From the NCBI GenBank assembly GCA_965204285.1, contig OZ241980.1, forward strand, positions 4,269,987-4,333,986: DNA of 64,000 nt, in the 5' to 3' direction. The notes under the pieces were generated by a model. The model saw nothing but the letters and a program-made list of their open reading frames with translations, had not been told where the DNA came from and searched no databases. This stretch comes from Candidatus Poribacteria bacterium. Its GTDB lineage: Bacteria; Poribacteria; WGA-4E; WGA-3G. A program made the position numbers and the translations under genes. This document shows, in pieces, positions 19,406 to 29,321 of this stretch. The stretch's first letter is position 1. The number at the start of each line of letters is the position of its first letter.

Positions 19406-20791
19406 TTATCCTTTCTGTTTTAAACGCTTTACTAAATCTTCACGACTAATAGGTTTATTTAGATCCATTAAATAGATGTGAAAGTTATCACTTCTATCGG
19501 AAACAAATGCTATGTAACGTCCATCAGGTGAGAAAGCAGGTTGAATAGACCTGCCGATGTCGTTTGTGATTCTACGTTCATTTTTCCCATCAGTATCAAT
19601 AAGGTGAATTTCCCAATCCGCATCTCTTGCTGATACATAGGCAATTGTTTTCCCATCTGGTGAGACGGTGGGATTGTAACAATCGTAGCGATTTGGATTG
19701 AAATGTTTTTCGTTCTGTCCATTAACATTTATAGTATAGAGTTGGTGCACGTCATTTCGTGAGGAAACAAACACAATACGTTTCCCGTCAGGAAAGAAGG
19801 CGGGACTTCCTTCATCAGTTTCATTGTGTGTAATACGTTTCGGTTTGATTTGTTCAGGTGTGATTTGTGTGAGGTTAAGTCCATCTTCTAAATCAAGAAG
19901 ATATAATTCCAAATTTCCATCAGTATTTGATTCGTAAACTATTTGGTTACCTGAAGAAGAGGATCGTGGGACGCGTGCGCCAAAACTGATTGGTATAACG
20001 GAACAAGTGATTTTGCTGTGGATATGTGTTACGTTAAAACCTGTATAAATAGGAGTTGAACCACTACTCTGAAGGACTATTTTGACTTCTCGTGACGATT
20101 TTGGTTCACTGCTATAGAATATATGGTTTGGAGTTTTTAAATATGCTGGTGAGTCGTCATTAAAATCTGTAGAGTAGGTTACACGGCGTTGGATCCGACC
20201 ATTTAAATCCATCAGATAAATTTCGCCATTATCAAGACGAAAAGAGGCAAAAGCAATTTGTGTGCCATCTGGCGAGAAAACAGGTGAATAGTTATCGGAA
20301 TTGCCACGTGTAAGCTGTTTAGACGAATAGCTGTCTCCTACAAGCTCGATGATTTTTTGCAAGACCTTAGAGTCTGAAGTGCCTTTTTGAACAATGCTGA
20401 GTATACGAAATGCAGAATCTCTATCACCAAATATGAGATAAGTGCGTGCCAATTCAAGACGAGCAACAATCCGTTTTTCTGGTTGTCCAGTATAAAGTTG
20501 CGAGGCTTTTTGAAACTGCTCAATCGCATCATTATGCCGCCCTAATTCATTATATGCTTTTCCAAGCAACATCCGTGTTCTTGGATTCTTAGGGTCTGCT
20601 TCAATTAAAGCCTCCAATTTTTCCACAGCCTCTCGCGGCATTCCAGCATGGATAAGTGCTTCGATTTTGTTTAAGGAGTTGTCTTGACACCCCAGAATTA
20701 CCAGTATAGCAAGAGATAAACTGCAGCAAAAAATAAATGTGCAATTCAGTTTTACTTTTCGGGTTGCTCTTAGCATATCGAGCCAATCCAT
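19406..20791 (-). CDS. TPR-repeat plus TolB-like PD40 beta-propeller protein
   Basis: N-terminal TPR (LGKAYNELGRHNDAIEQFQKA). C-terminal FSPDG/VSPDG/FFPDG/FSPDG repeats. Signal/anchor. Confidence 0.65.
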   Translation of the reverse strand: MDWLDMLRATRKVKLNCTFIFCCSLSLAILVILGCQDNSLNKIEALIHAGMPREAVEKLEALIEADPKNPRTRMLLGKAYNELGRHNDAIEQFQKASQLYTGQPEKRIVARLELARTYLIFGDRDSAFRILSIVQKGTSDSKVLQKIIELVGDSYSSKQLTRGNSDNYSPVFSPDGTQIAFASFRLDNGEIYLMDLNGRIQRRVTYSTDFNDDSPAYLKTPNHIFYSSEPKSSREVKIVLQSSGSTPIYTGFNVTHIHSKITCSVIPISFGARVPRSSSSGNQIVYESNTDGNLELYLLDLEDGLNLTQITPEQIKPKRITHNETDEGSPAFFPDGKRIVFVSSRNDVHQLYTINVNGQNEKHFNPNRYDCYNPTVSPDGKTIAYVSARDADWEIHLIDTDGKNERRITNDIGRSIQPAFSPDGRYIAFVSDRSDNFHIYLMDLNKPISREDLVKRLKQKG

Positions 20792-20836
20792 TGTAGAATA
20801 GTAACACTTTCAGTATAATTTGATATTTAGATTTTC

Positions 20837-21346
20837 TTAAAGTAAGGAGTGTGTTACAGAATTTCCGTGTTCTAATCTGTCTCTATTTTGTCTATACTTG
20901 GATTTACGCCTACCACGCCATCCGCCACTCACCGCGTATATCCAACATACTATTGCCTGGATAGACGAAGTGACTTTTAGAATCCAAGAAGGGCGAAACA
21001 TTAACTTTTTTCCACTATCAAGTGTCCAAAGATGAATTGAACGATCAGAATCTGTTTCCGTATTTGTCTTATCATTTGTTGTAGTTTCAGCTTGCGCAAT
21101 AGGCTGAAATCGGATTAAATCTTGCCATCCCCTTACCGGATATGAGTTAATATAAAAAATACCAATTGCCGAAGCAAATACAACAAAGATTATACACCCC
21201 TTAACAAATTGATGTAAGTATATCTGTCCAAGTCCGGGGAGAAGTGCTGATAATACCATCGCAGAATAAGAACGAGTTTGAACGGATGGCTCTTGTTTCT
21301 TTATAGAAATGTTGTCAGAGTGAATATCGGATGTTGATTCTTGCAT
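20837..21346 (-). CDS. hypothetical single-pass membrane protein
   Basis: ALLPGLGQIYL...KG TM motif. No assignable family. Confidence 0.4.
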   Translation of the reverse strand: MQESTSDIHSDNISIKKQEPSVQTRSYSAMVLSALLPGLGQIYLHQFVKGCIIFVVFASAIGIFYINSYPVRGWQDLIRFQPIAQAETTTNDKTNTETDSDRSIHLWTLDSGKKLMFRPSWILKVTSSIQAIVCWIYAVSGGWRGRRKSKYRQNRDRLEHGNSVTHSLL

Positions 21347-21349
21347 CGA

Positions 21350-21733
21350 TTAAGTTTCTCCTTGCGCCACAAGATAAACACCGATACAGATAATAATTGC
21401 CCCGATTATGCGAACTCTGGGAATTGATTCTTTGAAAAACAACCATGAAAATGGTATTGTCAGGACATATCCCAAGCTCAACATTGGGTACGCGATACTC
21501 AGTTTAACGCGCGAGAGAATGACGAGCCAGACGAATGTTGTGAAACCGTAGATTGAAATACCACCAATCACATACGGATTTAACATTACCTGCGTCAGTT
21601 TTGGTACTAATTCACGAAATTTGATTACTCCGACCTTGCTGACTCCCTGTTTTAGCAGAATTTGTCCCATGACTGTCAATAAGACATTGAAAAAAAGTAA
21701 TATATAGTCTTTCATATCACTATTATACCACAT
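21350..21733 (-). CDS. small 4-TM DMT-superfamily (EamA/SMR, ArnE-like) transporter subunit
   Basis: 127 aa with four hydrophobic helices. GQILLKQG motif as in ArnE/EamA half-transporters. Confidence 0.45.
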   Translation of the reverse strand: MWYNSDMKDYILLFFNVLLTVMGQILLKQGVSKVGVIKFRELVPKLTQVMLNPYVIGGISIYGFTTFVWLVILSRVKLSIAYPMLSLGYVLTIPFSWLFFKESIPRVRIIGAIIICIGVYLVAQGET

Positions 21734-21787
21734 GTATAAGTGTTTTGCAATTTTGCAGGCATGAATTCAGAACTATTCAAATTTCTG

Positions 21788-21816
21788 TTGCTTTTTGTTT
21801 AAGAAATCGTTACAAT
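21788..21816 (+). promoter_or_regulatory. candidate sigma70 promoter, TTGCTT-17nt-TACAAT
   Basis: In the divergent intergenic region; -10 lies 21 nt upstream of ATG 21837. Confidence 0.3.
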
Positions 21817-21836
21817 TTTCAGACAAGGAGGAGAAT

Positions 21837-22634
21837 ATGGTTGAACTCACACCAGAAGACATTGGATTTTTCAGAGACAACGGTTATTTGATCAAACGGA
21901 ACGTTCTCAACCCTGAACTCATGGAACGAGCACGGGCGAAGTTATGGGAAGGCGCGCCGGAAGGAAGACTCCGCGAAGTCCCAGAAACATGGGTGGGTCC
22001 CTTCAAATCTGAAGAAGAGAATGAAGATAACTCAAATAGACGGAAAGGTTTCCGTTGGAATTACCGTGAACCCGGCGGCGAAGCATGGATGGTTAAACTG
22101 CTTGCGACAGATCCGAATGTCTGGCGAATGGCAGAACAGTTCTTAGGTGAAGGGAACTTGGTAATACCTGAACGTGTGCGTGGTATTTATTGCACATTAC
22201 CTTATGGGGATGTTCCGAAAAAGTCAATAGGATGTCATGTTGATGCACATCCGTTCCATCTTGGCGTTGTTGGCTATATTGATGATGTTCCACCTGAAGG
22301 CGGTGGGTTTACCGTTTGGCCGGGAAGCCATAAAGTATTCTATTACGACTATAAATCGCAATATAAGAACGAGCCGACACCACAATACGACGTTGATCGA
22401 GAACGTCTAAGTAGGGAACAGGGTGTGGATTGCTACGGTAATGCGGGTGATATTGTCTTTTGGCATCATCGTATCGGTCATGCTGCAGGACATAATTATA
22501 CACGCCAGATTCGTCAGGCAGTGTTATATGATTTCAGAAAAACGGAATTGTCAGAGACACAAGAGGAACCACCGAATGAAGATATGTGGCGAGATTGGCC
22601 CGGCATAAAAGCGCTGGAAAAATCTCAGTCTTAG
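21837..22634 (+). CDS. phytanoyl-CoA dioxygenase (PhyH)-family Fe(II)/2-oxoglutarate oxygenase
   Basis: HVDAHP (HxD) ... WHHRIGHAAG distal His. AAGGAGG RBS before ATG 21837. Confidence 0.5.
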   Translation: MVELTPEDIGFFRDNGYLIKRNVLNPELMERARAKLWEGAPEGRLREVPETWVGPFKSEEENEDNSNRRKGFRWNYREPGGEAWMVKLLATDPNVWRMAEQFLGEGNLVIPERVRGIYCTLPYGDVPKKSIGCHVDAHPFHLGVVGYIDDVPPEGGGFTVWPGSHKVFYYDYKSQYKNEPTPQYDVDRERLSREQGVDCYGNAGDIVFWHHRIGHAAGHNYTRQIRQAVLYDFRKTELSETQEEPPNEDMWRDWPGIKALEKSQS

Positions 22635-22662
22635 GATTTGTTAACAATTATACACCCCAGTA

Positions 22663-22684
22663 GGTGCGGTTTCCTAACCGCACC
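22663..22684. terminator. 9-bp perfect hairpin between convergent genes
   Basis: GGTGCGGTT-tcct-AACCGCACC. No clear T-tract. Confidence 0.3.
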
Positions 22685-22711
22685 AAACACCAGCAGAAAA
22701 AGTACTTTTCG

Positions 22712-23533
22712 TTATCTTAACCCTAATTTTTTCAAAGTTTCTGCCATCATTTCATAAGCAATCCGCGCCTTCTCCATCCGCATGTGTGGGAACGTCTCCA
22801 CAGAGATATACTTATCGTAGCCGACTTTTCCCAAACTCTCAGCAAAAGTTCTGAAATCCAACTCGTCCCCCGACTCACCCGGAATTAGAAATGTGCTGTA
22901 GGGATACATCCCTGTTACACCTTTGACGTGGCAATGTGCGGTAAGATGTCCCAATTCTTCGGTAACTTTAGCGATATCTTCTCCCATGTGATAGAAATTG
23001 GTGATGTCGTTGAGTGCCTTCAAGGAGTCGGATCCAACATGTTCAATCAGCAGTGTGACTTTTGGTGATGAATCGATAGTATTTGCTTCGTGATTATGGA
23101 TATTCATCGTAATCCCAAGTTTCTCAGCACGTTGGCAAATCGGTTTTAGCACGTCAACGAGAAGTTTCCATGCAAATGCATCGCCTTTGTCACCACCATA
23201 TCCTGTGAGGAAGTTGACACCGTGCGCACCAAGTGCGACTGCCACGTCTTGGAGCAGTGCATAGTGATCAATTGCTGCCTGTTTATCCTCTATTGCCAAA
23301 TGATATAACCCTTTTCCGGTAAACGGGTTGATGACAGAGACTTCTAATCCGTGGTCGGTTGTCATCGTTTTTACTTCTTTGAGCAGGTTGTCCGTTACTT
23401 CGCCAGAGGGGATGTGTGCTTCTGGTCCACACATCATCTCAATTGCATCATAACCGACTTCGGAGAGTATAGTGATAACTTCTTGTAGTGGGAGGTCTTT
23501 CATGCCTCCTGCATGGTATGATATGCCGATCAT
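22712..23533 (-). CDS. sugar phosphate isomerase/epimerase (xylose-isomerase-like TIM barrel)
   Basis: TIM-barrel AP-endonuclease 2/XylA-like pattern (GYDAIEM...HVK..E..). Confidence 0.55.
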   Translation of the reverse strand: MIGISYHAGGMKDLPLQEVITILSEVGYDAIEMMCGPEAHIPSGEVTDNLLKEVKTMTTDHGLEVSVINPFTGKGLYHLAIEDKQAAIDHYALLQDVAVALGAHGVNFLTGYGGDKGDAFAWKLLVDVLKPICQRAEKLGITMNIHNHEANTIDSSPKVTLLIEHVGSDSLKALNDITNFYHMGEDIAKVTEELGHLTAHCHVKGVTGMYPYSTFLIPGESGDELDFRTFAESLGKVGYDKYISVETFPHMRMEKARIAYEMMAETLKKLGLR

Positions 23534-23596
23534 TGGGTGTTTCCTTTCAAGTAAAGTTTAGGGTGTTTATTTTAAAGGCTTTCCACATATTGATTT

Positions 23597-25051
23597 TTAT
23601 AGATCCTGACTGGCAGTAGTATACGTCTTAAGGTGCTTTAAAGCACTCCCATCGTCCATCACCGATTGTGCGCGCTTGAGTGCTTCGTGTGGGTCCGAAC
23701 ATATCCCTAACAGATAATCTACCATAGCCGTGTTGAGAAGAATCCTATCGTAAATCTGTCCTTTTTCGCCCGATAACGCAGCTACACCTGCTTCTGCAAA
23801 AGCATCCGCGCTAACATTTTCTGGGCGTGGATTCAGAGCATATTCAAACCCATAGATTTTAGGATCGATATCTAAAGCGAAGTCTTCACGTTTGCCTTTA
23901 ATGCATCGAAAACCTTGAGAATAATTGACCGCCATCCTGTCGGGTGTAGAGGGTTTTCCGAGTCGCAGTGCATAATGGCTCGTGCCTTCTTCCCCTTTAA
24001 CAGCAACTGCAGCCTGAAACCCTCGTTCCAACGCCATCTGAAGTAAAGGTTTTTCATAACCAATATGATAATATCCAAGCACCATATAGTTTGCTTTTCG
24101 GGCAGAAAAGAATTGTTGTGCCTTCTCAGTTGCAGCCCATGGTGGTCGTTTCTTGATATGCACCCGTAATTCCCGCACTTTATATGCCCCTGGCGAATAT
24201 TCTCGTTGACTGATATATCCAAAACCAACCGATTTATTGGTGATGAGCGAGGCAGTCTGTTCAAGAGATAGGTCAGTCTTTGCGCCGAGTGCTTGCAAAA
24301 TAGACTCTTCAGTTACCCCATTTTTCGGTGGCATCACATCCACACTATGAAGAAGTGAGGGTTCTCCTAATGCTGCACGGACAGCTGCAACAAAAAGGGT
24401 TGGACGAAAATAACGCGTTGCGCCATCGTAAGGTTGACCAAAATGCGTAAGCGTATCCACATCAATCGGGCGAACCTGCTCAGGTGCAAAATAGGCATCA
24501 AGGTATCCTCGCACCTCCTCGTAAGTTTCTCTGTTCATGCGTTGTCCGATAAGTGCGGCGCCTTTCAGGGCAGGTTTAACATCATCAGTGAGGATAGCCT
24601 CACACATCTGTCGAGTTTCAGCATAACTCAAATGTTTTGCCCTTAATATTTTTTCTAATGCTTTCACGACAATGGCTTCTGTCGGATTTCTCGGAATATA
24701 CCCAGGTTCTGGGTTCATGAGAAATTGAATCTCTTTGGGAAGACGAGGCAATAATGTGGGTTGGTATTTCTGGAATGCTGCTTTTTCCGCGTGGGACCAT
24801 TGCGTTGCCTCAGGAAAATATTTTCGAAGCGTCATTGCAACGAAAAACGCTCCCATCTGTGCCTCAGAAACAGTTTCTTTATCTCCTAATTCACCTTCCA
24901 AAGATTTTAAGATGGTTTCAAGGATAGCATCAGGTTGTGGTCCATCGTTAGGTTTCTTTCCTAAAGGTCGTGTTTGGTGTGGACCTGTGCAGACTCGTGC
25001 TTGTGCTTCAAGCATCTCTTCATTGGGTCCGGGATATTGTGGCGTATACAT
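23597..25051 (-). CDS. divergent glycosyltransferase-family-3 (anthranilate phosphoribosyltransferase TrpD-like) protein
   Basis: Weak resemblance to the TrpD N-terminal helical domain (ILETILKSLEGELGDKETVSEAQMGAFFVAMTLRK) and core (ILQALGAKTDLSLEQ...GFGYI). GTGGD motif not found. Tentative. Confidence 0.3.
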   Translation of the reverse strand: MYTPQYPGPNEEMLEAQARVCTGPHQTRPLGKKPNDGPQPDAILETILKSLEGELGDKETVSEAQMGAFFVAMTLRKYFPEATQWSHAEKAAFQKYQPTLLPRLPKEIQFLMNPEPGYIPRNPTEAIVVKALEKILRAKHLSYAETRQMCEAILTDDVKPALKGAALIGQRMNRETYEEVRGYLDAYFAPEQVRPIDVDTLTHFGQPYDGATRYFRPTLFVAAVRAALGEPSLLHSVDVMPPKNGVTEESILQALGAKTDLSLEQTASLITNKSVGFGYISQREYSPGAYKVRELRVHIKKRPPWAATEKAQQFFSARKANYMVLGYYHIGYEKPLLQMALERGFQAAVAVKGEEGTSHYALRLGKPSTPDRMAVNYSQGFRCIKGKREDFALDIDPKIYGFEYALNPRPENVSADAFAEAGVAALSGEKGQIYDRILLNTAMVDYLLGICSDPHEALKRAQSVMDDGSALKHLKTYTTASQDL

Positions 25052-25140
25052 TTTATGTTCCTCTATTCTCAGTATCTGATTGGTTTAAATATATCACATT
25101 CGGTGGATATAGTCAAATCCCAAATGTCCGTTCAATAAAC

Positions 25141-25169
25141 TTGACAGCAAGTTAGAAAGAAGATATAAT
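25141..25169 (+). promoter_or_regulatory. consensus sigma70 promoter, TTGACA-17nt-TATAAT
   Basis: Perfect -35 and -10 hexamers with a 17-nt spacer, 70 nt upstream of the hen1 ATG. Confidence 0.55.
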
Positions 25170-25238
25170 AATGAACGCTGATACGAAGAAGCCCTATTTT
25201 ATAATTCCGCTATTAGTTAATCCACTCAATTCATCGCA

Positions 25239-26648
25239 ATGCTTTTGACAATCACAACGACTTATTCTCCTGCGACAGACCTTGGATTTCTGTTGCATAA
25301 GCACCCTGAACGACTTCAATCCTTTGATCTTGCTTTCGGGCAAGCGCATGTCTTTTATCCTGAAGCGAATACGGAAAAATGTACAGCTGCCTTATTACTT
25401 GATGTGGATTCTGTTGGGTTGGTCCGTCGTTATCACGGACAGGTGCGGGATAATTTCGCACTGGCGGAATATGTCAACGACCGCCCTTATGTCGCCTCCT
25501 CATTTATGAGCGTAGCAATTGCCAAAGTGTTTAGCAGCGCGTTATCAGGGAAAAGTAAAGATCGTCCTGAACTTGTGGAAACACCGATACCCTTAAGTGC
25601 AAAGTTATCCACGTTGCCGTGTCGGGGTGGAGAAAAGTTCTTGAGACGGCTCTTTGAACCACTTGGATATAATGTGAATGCTGAAAGACACATCTTAGAT
25701 GCACAGTTCACAGATTGGGGTGAAAGTCGTTATTTCAGTGTCACTTTGGATAAAGTTTGCCGTTTGAGTGAACTCCTCACACATCTTTACGTTTTAATCC
25801 CTGTGCTTGATGATGAAAAACATTACTGGGTCGACCAAGCAGAAATAGATAAACTATTGAAACACGGTGGTGATTGGCTTTCCGAACATCCTGAACAGGA
25901 ATCTATTGTTAATCGTTACCTGAAACGTCAACGTAGACTTACCCGTCAAGCACTTGCTCAATTGCGTGAAACAGATGTTGATGAAATTGAAGAACAGATT
26001 CAAGAAGAAGCACAGATTGAAGAGCGCATTGGTCTAAACGAAATCCGTTTAACCAAGACGACTGAGGTAATCAAAGAGTCCGGAGCAAAACGGGTTCTTG
26101 ATTTAGGGTGTGGTGAAGGAAAACTTCTACGAAAACTGATGGCAGAAAAACAGTTTGAAGAGATTGTAGGCGTAGATGTTTCACATCGATCACTAAAAAT
26201 CGCACAGCAGAGGCTGCATTATGATCGGTTACCTGACAAACAGAAGGAGCGCCTCAAGCTTTTTCAAGGGTCTCTCTGCTATCGAGATAAAAGGTTAGGG
26301 GGATATGACGCAGCGGCTGTAATAGAGGTAATCGAACATTTAGATCCTCCACGTCTTTCTGCCTTTGAAAGAGTTCTATTTGAATTCGCACGCCCACAAA
26401 TGGTTGTATTGACAACGCCTAATGTGGAATATAACGTAAAGTTTGAGAATCTGCCAGAGGGACGATTTCGACACAGAGACCATCGTTTTGAATGGACACG
26501 GGAAGAATTTCAATCTTGGGCATCGGATATTTCCAACTGCTTTGGCTATGCTGTTGTGTTTCACCCAATCGGAGAAACAGATGAAGATGTTGGCTCACCG
26601 ACTCAGATGGCTGTGTTTACAGAAGAAAGATCCGAACAGAAAACCTAA
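25239..26648 (+). CDS. hen1: bacterial Hen1 RNA 3'-terminal 2'-O-methyltransferase (RNA repair)
   Basis: N-terminal bacterial-Hen1 domain (MLLTITTTYSPATDLGFLLHKHPER). C-terminal SAM MTase (VLDLGCGEGKLL). Adjacent to pnkp. Confidence 0.75.
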   Translation: MLLTITTTYSPATDLGFLLHKHPERLQSFDLAFGQAHVFYPEANTEKCTAALLLDVDSVGLVRRYHGQVRDNFALAEYVNDRPYVASSFMSVAIAKVFSSALSGKSKDRPELVETPIPLSAKLSTLPCRGGEKFLRRLFEPLGYNVNAERHILDAQFTDWGESRYFSVTLDKVCRLSELLTHLYVLIPVLDDEKHYWVDQAEIDKLLKHGGDWLSEHPEQESIVNRYLKRQRRLTRQALAQLRETDVDEIEEQIQEEAQIEERIGLNEIRLTKTTEVIKESGAKRVLDLGCGEGKLLRKLMAEKQFEEIVGVDVSHRSLKIAQQRLHYDRLPDKQKERLKLFQGSLCYRDKRLGGYDAAAVIEVIEHLDPPRLSAFERVLFEFARPQMVVLTTPNVEYNVKFENLPEGRFRHRDHRFEWTREEFQSWASDISNCFGYAVVFHPIGETDEDVGSPTQMAVFTEERSEQKT

Positions 26649-26699
26649 ATATCATTTCTGACTGTAGTTTGATTAACCATTTGTAATTGATTTTGAAAT

Positions 26700-29264
26700 A
26701 TGCTTATCAAAATTCCTGACCCTTCACTTGTAATCCTCATTGGTGCTTCAGGTTCGGGTAAATCTACTTTTGCCCAAAAGCATTTTAAGCCGACAGAAAT
26801 CCTTTCGTCTGATTTCTGTCGTGGTCTTGTTTCTGATGACGAAACCGACCAGTCTGCAACGGCTGATGCGTTTGAAGTACTGCACTTCATTGCTGCGAAG
26901 CGACTCGCCGCTGGAAAATTGACAGTGATTGATGCTACGAATGTTCAGGCGGAGGCACGAAAATCGTTGCAGGCACTTGCAAAGGAATATCATTATTTAA
27001 CTACTGCTATAGTGTTTAACCTACCAGCTAAACTCTGTCAAGAGAGAAACGATGCGCGTCCTGACCGGAATTTCAAACCACATGTCATTCGTAATCAGAC
27101 CAGTCAACTGCGTAGATCACTACGCGGACTTAAGCGCGAGGGTTTCCGGAACTTTTTATATGTTATGTCTTCACCGGAGGAGGTTGAAGCAGCTCAAGTT
27201 GAACGGCAACCGTTGTGGACAGATCGTAAGCATGAAGTAGGTCCGTTTGACATAATTGGAGATATTCACGGTTGTTTTGATGAACTTGTGGAATTGCTGA
27301 AAAAACTCGGTTATGAAATTTCGAATCAATCGGATGGTGGGATAGTTGTTAGACATCTACAGGATAGAAAAGTCGTTTTTGTTGGAGATTATGTTGACCG
27401 AGGACCAAAAGTGGTTGAAGTGCTACGATTAGTTATGGAAATGCACAAAACAGATATGGCAATTTGTGTTCCGGGAAATCATGATACAAAACTTGTTCGG
27501 GCACTCAGAGGTAAAAATGTGAATCCGACGCATGGGTTAGCTGAGTCGCTTGCTCAATTAGAAAAAGAACCAGAGGAATTTAAGACAGACATAGCGGATT
27601 TTATTGAAGGCATGGTGAGCCACTATGTTCTGGACAACGGAAAACTTGTGGTGGCACATGCAGGAATGAAGAAGGAATTTCAAGGAAGAGCATCTGGGCG
27701 TGTCCGAGAATTCGCGCTTTATGGTGAAACCACTGGAGAAACTGACGAATTTGGCTTGCCTGTTCGGCTTAATTGGGCTGAGGAATATCGTGGTGATGCG
27801 ACTGTTGTTTATGGACATACGCCTGTTTCTGAACCGCAATGGATAAATCGCACCATTAATATTGATACAGGATGTGTTTTCGGGGGCAATCTGACAGCAT
27901 TGCGATACCCTGAAAGGGAACTCGTGTCTGTACCTGCGCGGCAAACCTATTATGAACCAGCTAAATCGCTGCTTGATGAATCGGACAAAAAGGCTTCATC
28001 AGAAAAGCAAATTGATGAAGGAATCTTGGACATTAGTGATGTTATAGGAAGACGAGTGATTAGCACTCGATTAAATCACAATGTAACGATTCGTGAAGAG
28101 AATACTATCGCAGCGCTGGAGGTGATGAGTCGTTTTGCAATTGATCCGAAATGGCTTATCTATTTACCGCCAACAATGTCTCCAACTGAAACCTCAAGCA
28201 AACCAAATCTGCTTGAACATCCAGCAGAAGGATTTGCTTATTATCGGAATCAAGGTGTGTCTCAAGTCGTTTGGGAAGAAAAACACATGGGATCACGTGC
28301 TGTTGTTATTGTATGCAAAAGCACCGAAACGGCAAAAAAGCGTTTTAGCATATCAGATGATAGAATTGGCGTCTGTTACACGCGCACTGGTAGACCTTTT
28401 TTTGACGAGGTATTGATGGAATCTGAACTACTGAAACAAGTCAAACAGGCAGCAGACAGCGCTGATTTTTGGGAAGCATTAGATACGGGTTGGATTTGTT
28501 TGGATTGTGAGCTGATGCCGTGGTCAGTGAAAGCACAAGAGTTGTTACGACAACAGTATGCCCCTGTTGGAACATCCGCAGGTATCGCGGTTCAAGATGC
28601 GATTGGTACTTTAGAAGCCGCAGAGAAACGGGGAATTGAGGTCAAGGATATATTGGACGGTTATCTACAACGCACTGTTGCTGTTAGTGAATATGTCAAT
28701 GCCTATCAACGATATTGCTGGTCTGTGGAATCTATCACCGATCTGAAACTTGCTCCGTTCCATCTATTGGCAACAGAGGGGAATGTACATGTTGATAAAG
28801 ACCATCTGTGGCACATGGAGATACTTTCAAAACTTTGTAACGGTTCTGATGACAATCTGTTATTTGCTACTTCATACGGCACGGTTGATTTAACTAACGA
28901 GAATAGTGAAACTGAAGCGATTCGTAAATGGGAAGACCTTACTGCACAAGGCGGTGAAGGTATTGTTATCAAACCATTGAATTTTGTTGTTAAAGGCAAA
29001 CGCGGACTTGTTCAACCGGCTGTTAAATGTCGGGGTAGAGAATATCTTCGTATAATTTATGGACCTGAATACACATTACCCCACTACTTAGAACGTCTTC
29101 GATCCAGAGGATTGTCGCACAAACGTTCGCTTGCAATCAGAGAATTTGCATTAGGTGTTGAAGCACTTGAAAGGTTTGTACATCATGAACCTTTGTCTAA
29201 GGTTCATGAATGTGTTTTCGGCGTATTAGCACTTGAAAGTGAAACAGTTGATCCGAGGTTATGA
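26700..29264 (+). CDS. pnkp: polynucleotide kinase-phosphatase/ligase Pnkp (RNA repair): P-loop 5'-kinase, calcineurin-like 2',3'-phosphoesterase, C-terminal adenylyltransferase/ligase
   Basis: GASGSGKST P-loop. GDIHGCFDEL / GDYVDRGP / GNHD metallophosphoesterase motifs. C-terminal nucleotidyltransferase region with candidate Lys nucleophile (EEKHMGSRAVV). Confidence 0.8.
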   Translation: MLIKIPDPSLVILIGASGSGKSTFAQKHFKPTEILSSDFCRGLVSDDETDQSATADAFEVLHFIAAKRLAAGKLTVIDATNVQAEARKSLQALAKEYHYLTTAIVFNLPAKLCQERNDARPDRNFKPHVIRNQTSQLRRSLRGLKREGFRNFLYVMSSPEEVEAAQVERQPLWTDRKHEVGPFDIIGDIHGCFDELVELLKKLGYEISNQSDGGIVVRHLQDRKVVFVGDYVDRGPKVVEVLRLVMEMHKTDMAICVPGNHDTKLVRALRGKNVNPTHGLAESLAQLEKEPEEFKTDIADFIEGMVSHYVLDNGKLVVAHAGMKKEFQGRASGRVREFALYGETTGETDEFGLPVRLNWAEEYRGDATVVYGHTPVSEPQWINRTINIDTGCVFGGNLTALRYPERELVSVPARQTYYEPAKSLLDESDKKASSEKQIDEGILDISDVIGRRVISTRLNHNVTIREENTIAALEVMSRFAIDPKWLIYLPPTMSPTETSSKPNLLEHPAEGFAYYRNQGVSQVVWEEKHMGSRAVVIVCKSTETAKKRFSISDDRIGVCYTRTGRPFFDEVLMESELLKQVKQAADSADFWEALDTGWICLDCELMPWSVKAQELLRQQYAPVGTSAGIAVQDAIGTLEAAEKRGIEVKDILDGYLQRTVAVSEYVNAYQRYCWSVESITDLKLAPFHLLATEGNVHVDKDHLWHMEILSKLCNGSDDNLLFATSYGTVDLTNENSETEAIRKWEDLTAQGGEGIVIKPLNFVVKGKRGLVQPAVKCRGREYLRIIYGPEYTLPHYLERLRSRGLSHKRSLAIREFALGVEALERFVHHEPLSKVHECVFGVLALESETVDPRL

Positions 29265-29321
29265 TGTGTCCAAAAATCTTGAGAGTTCAGTAGAATCGCA
29301 ATCCTAATTTGAAGAAAATTC

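Noticed and set aside
23597-25051. Calling this gene trpD (anthranilate phosphoribosyltransferase) and linking it to trpF
   Set aside because: Resemblance to GT family 3 is partial, and the GTGGD phosphate-binding signature is not evident. It is on the opposite strand, about 17 kb from trpF. Kept only as a tentative family-level note.
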